Part shown: positions 40,381-48,764 of the stretch, in pieces | Layout of the letters: every line of letters starts with the position of its first letter | How positions within the stretch are numbered: position 1 is the first letter of the stretch | DNA from: Lama guanicoe | Taxonomy: Eukaryota | NCBI GenBank assembly: GCA_013239625.1 | Contig: MU053561.1 | Coordinates: 374,826 to 438,825, forward strand | DNA: 64,000 nt | Direction of reading: 5' to 3' | The notes under the pieces: model-generated | The model's input: the letters and a program-made list of their open reading frames with translations, nothing else | The model's database searches: none | What the model was told of the DNA's origin: nothing | Position numbers and translations under genes: made by a program

Positions 40381-41544
40381 AAGTTAATGTTTGTAGAGAA
40401 ATGTTACTTTTTGTTGTGCTTAGTTTTATCCTACTATGAATAATTCAGAGGCATTTTAGAATCCATAAAATAACCTTTTCATTAATTCACTAGCAAAAGG
40501 GATATAATGAATCATGAGGGCCATCTCAAAAATTTGAAGCTTTTTTTTAACTTTTAGGAAAAACATAGAAAGGAACACAATACACTTGTGATATAAATAT
40601 TTTTCATTGTGAGTAAAAAAATCTAGCCATATGTAATCTACTCACACTATCCCTTCAACAATATCTTTATGACTCCATGCTAATCTGTCAACCTAAAGAT
40701 TAATGGTAATAAAGCATATTTAATTGTCTAATTTCAGAAACAGGTAAAAATTATGATATTAAAATTTTTTCATAATGAAATGTAATATGTACAGAAATGA
40801 GCTTAAAAGTCTTAGGAATGGTTTAACAAATATGTACAGCAAACAATAGTTCTGAGGAAATATATTACCAACACCAGAGCCATCTGGAAGCTAAAGGAAC
40901 TATACCCTGCCCCTCCCCCATCCATTCCTGATTATAGCCCCTTCCCTTCACCCTAGAAGTAACTACTTTCCTGACACTTCTGGTCATTATATCCTTGATT
41001 TACTTTTACCAACTGTGCATGTACTCCTAAAAATAAAGTTGTTTTGCCTGATTTTGACTTATAAATTCATTTGTATTTTGTCTTTAATATTTACCCATGT
41101 GGTTGCATATGATTCTGATTCATTATCTCCATTGCAGTAGTCATCACAGTTGGAAATTAGGATTATTCCCAGTTTGGGGAGTAATACTACACCCGTGTAT
41201 CCTGGTGTACATTTGTACACATTTCCGTAGGGTAGGAATGGAATTTCTGATCATAGAGCATATTTTCAACTATATGAGATAATGCCAAGCAGGTATCTAA
41301 AGTGGTCTTATTGATTTATATTGCCCCTGAAGTGTAAGAGATCTCCTATCATTCTACACCCTCACCAAAGCTTCACGTTATTACTCTTGAGTCATTGCTA
41401 ACACGATGGGTGTAGCATCAGTCAGCAGCTTTAATTTGCAGTAGTCTGTCTGATAATGTGGCCAGGAACCTTTCCATTTGTTTTTTGGGTTTTTTTTTTT
41501 TTTGGCTACCTGAATTTTCTGTTATGTGATGTGCTTGTATTTTA

Positions 41545-42961
41545 TCCATTCCCACCCCCTTTCCCCTCTGGTAACCATAAGTTTACTTTCTATATCTGTG
41601 AGTCTGTCACTGTTTTGTAAATAAGTTCATTTGCGTCCTTTGAAAAAAAAGATTCCACATATAAGTGATATCATGTGGTATCTTTCTTTCTCTTTCTGGC
41701 TTACTTCACTTAGTATGATGATCACCAGGTCTATAGACCCCGAATAGCCAAAACAATCTTGAGAAACAAGAATGGAGCTGGAGGAATCATACTTCCTGAT
41801 ATCAGGCTACACTACAGTAATCAAAACAATCCAGTACTGGCACAGAAACAGACACGCAGCTCAGTGGAACAGAACAGAGAGCTCAGAAATAAACCCATGA
41901 ACTTCCGGTCAATTAATCTATGACAAAGGAGGCAAGAATATACAACGGAGAAAAGACAGTCTCTTCAATAAGTGGTGCTGGGAAAACTGGACTGTTACCT
42001 GTAGAAGAATGAAATCAGAACATTCTCTAACACCATATACAAAAATTAACTCAAAGTGGATTAAATACCTAAATGTAAGACAGATACTATACAACTCTCA
42101 GAGGAAAACATACGCAGAACACTCTTTAACATAAACTGAAGCAGTATTTGTTGGTCTGTCTCCTAAAGTAAAGAAAATAAATAAAAAATAAACAAATGGG
42201 ACCCAATTAAATTTAAAAGCTTTTGCACAGCAAAGAAAACAATCTACAAAACAAAAAGGCAACCTACTGAATGGGAGAAAATATTTGCAAATGATTTGAC
42301 CAATAAGGGGTTAATATCCAACATATATAAATAGCTCTTACAACTTAACATCAATAAAAGCAAACAGCCTGATTAAAAAATGGGTAGAAGAACTGGATAG
42401 ACATTTTTCAAAAGAGGAAATGCATAAGACCAACAGGTACATGAAAAAATGCTCGGCATCACTAATCATCCTGGAAATGCAGAATAAAACCACAGTGAGA
42501 TCTCAACTTCACACTGGTCAGAATAGCTATCATCACAAAGAACATAAAAAACAAATGTTGGTGAGGATATGGAGAAAAGGGAATCCTTGTACAATGTTGA
42601 TGGGAATGTAAATTGGTGCATCCACTATTGAAGAGAGTATGGAGGTTTCCAAGAAACTAAAAATAGAATTATCATATGGCTCAGCAATTTCACTCCTGGG
42701 TATACATGCAAAAAAAAAATGCTAATTTGAAAAGATACATGCACTCTAATGTTCAAAACAGCATTATTTACAATTGCCAAGGTATGGAAGCAACCAAAGT
42801 GTTGATCAAAAGGTAAATGGATGTAGAAGATGTGATATAATATATATGTATAGTATATACGTGCAAACACACATTGTATATATACACACACCCACACAAT
42901 GGAATACTACTCAGTCACAAAAAAGAATAAAAATTTGCCATTTGCAGCAACATGGATGGAC
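41545..42961 (-). mobile_element. LINE-1 with 5' inversion (twin-priming-like structure)
   Basis: 41545-41732 is an antisense 3' part and 41733-42961 a sense ORF2 part; the two ends are consecutive L1 sequence (catggatggac | ctggtgatcatcatactaagtgaagtaag). Confidence 0.8.
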
Positions 42962-42964
42962 TTT

Positions 42965-43222
42965 TTTTGAATTTGGCAAAAGGAGGTTGTGGTCACTTCA
43001 GTGTGAACTTTTCTAGGAAATGCATAGGAGACACATGCCAGAGGGCTGTGACATGAATGGCAGATGAGGAAGAAAGATCACAGATCTAGACCACATCTTC
43101 AAGAAGTTGGGTGTGAAACAGAGAAAAGAAACAGGAAAGTCGCTGGAGGGTTCTATGTGGTAGAAAGAGGGTTTGTTAGAATGAAAGGGTCCTGGCCATT
43201 CTCAAGTGCTGTTAGGAAAACT
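42965..43222 (-). repeat. Left arm of imperfect inverted repeat (partner 44194-44449)
   Basis: Reverse-complement alignment; homologous ORFs MRKKDHRSRPHLQEVGCE (+) and MRKEDHRSRSHLQEAGCE (-). Confidence 0.93.
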
Positions 43223-44100
43223 CCCAGCAGATATCCCTGCTCAGCCTCCAAGAGAGGATAGGGGATCCCTTCAAAGGGATCCTCCTCAAGGATCAGCAAA
43301 GGAGGAGGCCTGTGCACTGTGGAGATGACCCGGTTGGCAGGCAGGGGAAGCTGTGAGTGTAGTGAGTAGACAGTCAGGGAGGGCAGGTCTGAAGTCTCAG
43401 TTTTCCTGTAAAGTCAGGGGCTGAGGTGAGGGCGTGGAAAGAGTGAGAGAGATGAAGGGGAGAACTCAGGAGAGAGCTGACTAGGGACAAATGGAAGCAT
43501 CACCAAGTGTGCTGAGCTCCTAGTTCAGGTTGGAAACCAGAAATGACAGTTTCCCCCAGTCTGTAAATCTGGTAGATTTTCTCAAGCACCCAGCAGCCTA
43601 AACTGGGGAGGGTAGTTGGAATCTATCTTTTGTATCCATTTGATTTTATCGTTTTCAAATCTATACCATTTTCTTTAGGCCACTGGAGGATTTCTTGATG
43701 AAAAACTCCTAATTCATCATCTAATTCATCAACTCCTATTGCTACAATATTGTCTGTGGGCTAAACTCTGTAGCATCTGTTTGATAACACAAAGCCTTGT
43801 GGAAATAGCCTGCTTTGACATAGTTCTTCTTATTTACAAAAATGATATTGTAAAAGGTGGGAATAACTCTTAGTTCCATAGAGTAGAAGATGCAAGCTTC
43901 CTTATCCTCAACCTGCATATGTCTCCAGTAAACTCCTCCCAACCCCCAGACAGAACTCTCAATGTTTCTCCACCTGTTGATACGCCATTAAAATACAGAA
44001 AGTATGTTGTATTTTAAAATAGCATATACTATTCATGTATTTTTGACACTGCTATTTTCACAATATATTTACTGCTAATTTTACACAACATATTGTAAAT
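43200..44100 (-). repeat. Duplication block B, inverted relative to 61190-62098
   Basis: e.g. tgtctgtgggctaaactctgtagcatctgtttgataacac is the reverse complement of 61507-61546. Confidence 0.95.
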
Positions 44101-44129
44101 TATTTTCTAAGTCATTGTTTTTTTAACGA

Positions 44130-44137
44130 CTTTTGTT

Positions 44138-44182
<45 letters not shown>
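44130..44182. repeat. (GTT)n microsatellite
   Basis: About 14 tandem GTT units. Confidence 0.97.
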
Positions 44183-44193
44183 TGGTCTCCTAT

Positions 44194-44449
44194 GGGTTTT
44201 CCTACCAGCAATTGAGAATGGCCAGGACCCTTCCATTCTAACAAACCCTTTTTCTACCACACAGAACCCTTTAGCGACTTTCCTGTTTCTTCCCTCTCTT
44301 TCACACCCAGCTTCTTGAAGATGCGATCTAGATCTGTGATCTTCCTTCCTCATCCACCATTCACATCACAACCTTCTGGCATGTGTCTCTTCAGCATTTC
44401 CCGGAACAGTTCAACCTAAAGGGACCACGACTGCCTTTTGCTGAATTCA
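44194..44449 (+). repeat. Right arm of inverted repeat, part of the ADAM30 upstream region
   Basis: Reverse complement of 42965-43222 with scattered mismatches. Confidence 0.93.
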
Positions 44450-44859
44450 GCGTTTCTCCACTTTGCTCACCAGTTCATCCGTTGACCACGGGCGCTGCCC
44501 TGGGAGGCTGGGGAGGCAGAGCCTCCTCTGATTTTCTCACACTCATGCTCCTCCTTCCTTCCACTGTAAGCCAGCCCACCAGGAAACTGGGGATGGCTGG
44601 ATGACGTGGGCTCAGAGTGCTATTAAGCATCCGAGTCAACCGATGCAAACATCATGTGTGCCCGAGGGCCGCTAGAAAGAGAGTAAAAGGCACACGATAC
44701 ACTGAGCTTTTTATTTTTTTTTAAACAAGTTCTCTTTTGTTCCTCCCCTTCTTTATTCCGTCTGTTTTGCTCACGCCACTCTCTGCCCTTCTCCTTCCCT
44801 CCTGCAAAGAGCCTCGTTCTGCAAAGAGCTTTTCATTCTCTTCTCGCTCCTTCCCTGGA

Positions 44860-45330
44860 TCCTTCCACGTGCGCCTAACGGCCCCTCTCGGAAGAACTAC
44901 ATGCGTTGGACACGGGGGCGCGCACCTGTCGTTCGCCTGTTGTGAAAATCGGCTGCGCTGAGCCGGACCCAGCTCAGGCCAAGGCGGGCGCCCCCACACC
45001 CCGCGCTCGGGGAGCCCGGCGTCCCTGCAAGTCCGACCCGCAAGGCCACCGTTGCAGGGGCTGACTCGCCAGCGAACAGGCGATGCCATGAGGTCAGGGA
45101 GGCCCTTCCTCTCCCACGGCCGTTCGCTCCCGGTGCTGCTCCTGGCGCTGCTGCTGGCTGACTGTGTTGGCAAGGATCCAGTTTTCCACCCGGAGTGGGG
45201 CTTTGATTCCTATGAAGTCACCATCCCCAAGAAGCTGAGCTTCCGACGAGAGCAGCAGGGTGTGGCCAAGCACGTGTCCTACCTCCTGCAGGTAAAAGGC
45301 AAGAACCGCGTCCTCCACCTGTGGCCCAAG
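44860..45330 (+). promoter_or_regulatory. CpG-rich promoter/5' region of ADAM30 copy 1
   Basis: Dense CpG and high GC around the ATG compared with CpG-depleted flanks. Confidence 0.75.
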
Positions 45331-47241
45331 AGGTTTCTGTTAGCCCGAACTCTGCAGGTTTTCTCCTTCACGGAGCAGGGGCAGCTCTGGGAGGATCACC
45401 CTTATGTACCCAGCGACTGCAACTACATGGGCTTGGTTGAAGGAAATCAGGATTCCGAGGCTACTTTAAGCACATGCACGGGGGCGCTCCGAGGCATATT
45501 GCAAATCGATGCCAGGCATTATCAAATCGAGCCCCTCAGGGCTTCTTCCACGTTTGAACATGTGGTGTATCTCCTGAAGAAAGAGCAGGAATTTCCTAGT
45601 CACATCTGTGGCTTAAGTCATGACGACACAGTAAAGCAGATGGCCCAGCAGGAGAACGTGGCTAGGATAAGCGACCTCACTGAGTCTTACATGCACCAGA
45701 AGTACTTGGAATTAGCCCTGGTCTTCGATCACAGTAGGTATTTGTACCTGAACTCCAATCTTACTCTAGTCGTGAATGACGCCATTCTTCTGACTGCGAT
45801 CGCAGACTCTTACTTTCAAGATGTCCGTATGAGAATACATCTATTTGGTGTGGAAGTATGGACAGATGAAAACAAAATAAAAGTGACTTTTTCAAAGTTA
45901 GACCAAGTTTTAGGCCAATTTATGGTATACAGAACAAGTGTACTAAATGCTCGATTTCCGGTAGATTGGGTACATCTATACATTAAACAAACTTACACAG
46001 ATTTTCTTGCACAATCCTGGGGAACTGTGTGTAGTACGTTTTATGCTGGATCTGCAAGTGTTTTTCTAGATATGAATGTCCTCACACCTGCCACTTGGAC
46101 TGCTCATGTATTGGGCCATAGTGTGGGAATGAACCATGATGCAGAATATTGCCAGTGTAAGGGTAGGCACAATTGCATCATGGGCACTGGACGAACTGGG
46201 TTTAGTAATTGTAGTTATGCTGAGTTTTTTGCACACGTCTATTCAGGAGCAAAGTGTCTAACTAATATCCCAGGACTAGGCTTTGTGGTTAAGAGATGTG
46301 GGAACAAAATTGTGGAAGAGGATGAGGAATGTGACTGCGGTTCAGGAGAGGACTGTAAAACAGACCAGTGTTGTCAACCAGATTGTAAATTCAAACAAGG
46401 TGCCAATTGTAGCACTGGACTTTGCTGTCATAACTGTCACTTTCGTCCATCTGGGTACATGTGTCGGAAGGAGGAAAATGAATGTGACCTCGCAGAGTAC
46501 TGCAGTGGGACCTCAGGACTCTGCCCAAGTGACACTTACAAGCAGGATGGAACCCCTTGCAAGTACGAAGCCCGTTGTGTCAAAAAGGGCTGCCAGGCCA
46601 GATATATGCAGTGCCAAAGCATTTTTGGACCTGATGCCAGGGAGGCTCCTCTTCAGTGCTATGATGTCCTTAATGTAATAGGTGACCAGTATGGGAACTG
46701 TGGTGCTTCAGGAGTCCGTGAATATCGGAAGTGTACCAGGAAAAATATATTATGTGGCAGGATACAGTGTATAAATGTCAACACCATCCCTGATATGCCA
46801 GATCATACTCTTCTAATTTCCACTCATCTGCAGGAGGAAAACCTCATGTGCTGGGGCATAGGCTACCATTTGTCCATGGTAGCTATGGGGATACCTGACC
46901 TGGGAGTGGTAAATGATGGGACCTCCTGTGGTACGGACAAGATATGTTTTAATAGAAATTGCGTGAATAGCTCAGTCCTGAAGTTTGACTGTTTGCCTGA
47001 CAAGTGCAACCACCGAGGCGTTTGCAACAATAAGAAAAACTGCCACTGCATGTATGGCTGGGCCCCTCCCTTCTGTGAGGAGGTAGGGTATGGAGGAAGC
47101 ATTGACAGTGGGCCACCGGGACCTCTAAAACAGGGGGTGCCCACCTCAATTCAGGTCGTGTCCCTTTCGTTAGTACGCCTTATTTTGTTAATTATCTCAG
47201 TGATTGTTGTGTTTTTCAGGAAAATCTTAGGAAACGTATAA
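45088..47241 (+). CDS. ADAM30: ADAM30-like protein, copy 1 (intronless, 717 aa): signal peptide, prodomain, metalloprotease-like domain with HVxxH, disintegrin, Cys-rich, EGF, TM; cytoplasmic tail truncated
   Basis: Single ORF with full ADAM architecture (CGNKIVEEDEECDCG, ECDLAEYC, GYGGSIDSGP); position directly 3' of NOTCH2 on the same strand matches known ADAM30 synteny. Confidence 0.93.
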   Translation: MRSGRPFLSHGRSLPVLLLALLLADCVGKDPVFHPEWGFDSYEVTIPKKLSFRREQQGVAKHVSYLLQVKGKNRVLHLWPKRFLLARTLQVFSFTEQGQLWEDHPYVPSDCNYMGLVEGNQDSEATLSTCTGALRGILQIDARHYQIEPLRASSTFEHVVYLLKKEQEFPSHICGLSHDDTVKQMAQQENVARISDLTESYMHQKYLELALVFDHSRYLYLNSNLTLVVNDAILLTAIADSYFQDVRMRIHLFGVEVWTDENKIKVTFSKLDQVLGQFMVYRTSVLNARFPVDWVHLYIKQTYTDFLAQSWGTVCSTFYAGSASVFLDMNVLTPATWTAHVLGHSVGMNHDAEYCQCKGRHNCIMGTGRTGFSNCSYAEFFAHVYSGAKCLTNIPGLGFVVKRCGNKIVEEDEECDCGSGEDCKTDQCCQPDCKFKQGANCSTGLCCHNCHFRPSGYMCRKEENECDLAEYCSGTSGLCPSDTYKQDGTPCKYEARCVKKGCQARYMQCQSIFGPDAREAPLQCYDVLNVIGDQYGNCGASGVREYRKCTRKNILCGRIQCINVNTIPDMPDHTLLISTHLQEENLMCWGIGYHLSMVAMGIPDLGVVNDGTSCGTDKICFNRNCVNSSVLKFDCLPDKCNHRGVCNNKKNCHCMYGWAPPFCEEVGYGGSIDSGPPGPLKQGVPTSIQVVSLSLVRLILLIISVIVVFFRKILGNV

Positions 47242-47447
47242 ACCCAAAGAGAAAGAAACACCACGAATTAACACTGGAGTAGAATAATTCAAGGCAAAAA
47301 ATGTCAAGAAACCAAAAAATAATCAGGCAATGCACAGTCACTCTGTAACCCAGGGTCATAAACTGAATGAGGTTCTCATTTATCCTAACAGCTCTTCCTT
47401 CTTCCCTCAATTCTTTAATTGAATTTTCTTTGAGGTTTTGATCAGCA

Positions 47448-47453
47448 AATAAA
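47448..47453 (+). terminator. Polyadenylation signal of ADAM30 copy 1
   Basis: AATAAA ~200 nt after the stop with downstream GU/U-rich sequence. Confidence 0.7.
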
Positions 47454-48469
47454 AAGTATTCTTGGTTTGGAAACAAATTGTTGCATTTTTGTTTCCTACT
47501 TCACTTGCCCCCTAGTTTGTGATCAAGTTCTGGATATCCTTAAAAAAAAAATGCCCCGATGGCTTTCTGAACCCTAAAGTTGTGAGTGTCACAGAAGTAC
47601 AGTGGATTTCAGAGAAGAGTCCTGCCTGTCAGTTCCCAGCAAACAAAGCCATAGTCTGCCTTTGCCTCTGCCTCCCTCAGCATCATCAGTGAAGTCACCT
47701 GTGCCATTGCCCCATGCTGAGCCATAAATGGTGACTACCACATTTTACATTCAGAAAGCGGTAGTTGACAAGGGTGTCCCCAGTTAAGGACATCCCCCTG
47801 TTATAGTCACTGCATGTTTCACTGTAGCTCCGTATACGTGTGGTCTCTGACTCAGTGTTTGGGGTGACCTCAGTTGGGTTAAGGACTCTAGTCTACCATA
47901 ACTTGTGCACTACACCACAGTCTACCATTGATGACAAGACCTGGCAGTGTCCTGGGGTCCAGGCTCTTAACAGAATACCATGCTTTGGGTTTCTGCTTGC
48001 TAAAACAATCTTCTATGAACATGTGCTGGGGGACATCTGGCCCTTGGTTTGCCACACCCCTAACTAAAGCAGAGGAGAGTGAGGAACGCCTTTCTTCCCA
48101 GGTACACCCATGTCTGCCCCCAAATATTCTCCCCTCTTTGCCCGGTGCTTTGGCTGGGAGGAGAGGAGGACTGAGTGCCCCCTTCAGAGGAGCATGTGCC
48201 CACGTCTTTACCAATGAGGGTCTCATCATCCCAGACTTGTGTCAGCCCCCAGCGTTTTCAGGTTTATTCTGGCCTGAGCCCTCCTGCAGTTCCCTAGCCT
48301 TCCCCAGGGCTGCTCCTTCCGCAGGCAGCACTGCAGGACCACTGTACCCCACCGCACTCTCCACTTTTCTTAGCCACACAGTCTTCTAACTGAAGAGGTG
48401 GTGGGAGGCTCATGATAAAGAGTGGTGCCCTTAGACTGTTCGGGGACAGTTCTTACTATAGATGCAATA

Positions 48470-48660
48470 CTGATAATGGTGGCTACCATTTACTGAACAG
48501 TCACTGTGTGCTGGGCAAGGTTCTAAGTGCTTCACATGTTTTAACGTGCATACCCCTGAGAATAACTCTGTGAGGTAGGTGTTATCATTTTCCTGTTTTC
48601 CGAAAAAGAAATTGAGGACAATGAGGTTAAATAACCTGCTCAAGATTACATAATTTATGA
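48470..48660 (-). mobile_element. MIR SINE remnant
   Basis: catttactgaac...ctgtgtgctgggca...tgaggtaggtgttatcat...gaggttaaataacctgctcaagattaca. Confidence 0.75.
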
Positions 48661-48764
48661 TTAATGACATTATTCAGTGTAGCTTTCTGTGCATATTAGG
48701 AAATTAAATTTGGGGAGGAGGATTTATTTTAAAAATTAAGGGTACTTACAGATTATAAATATTT

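Noticed and set aside
44123..44353. Poly-Gln / poly-Cys ORFs
   Set aside because: Translations of the (GTT)n microsatellite.
45052..45087. N-terminal extension of ADAM30 in the ORF track
   Set aside because: It starts at TTG; the ATG at 45088 has good context and directly precedes the signal peptide.
44721..45173. 150-aa antisense ORF, repeated at 63333-63785
   Set aside because: Non-ATG start in GC-rich sequence with no recognisable domain; its conservation only reflects the identical DNA tract.
22139..47241. Idea that the adjacent ADAM is the NOTCH2 S2 sheddase, forming a functional cluster
   Set aside because: NOTCH2-ADAM30 adjacency is ordinary conserved synteny; S2 cleavage is attributed to ADAM10/17, and this copy lacks the catalytic Glu.
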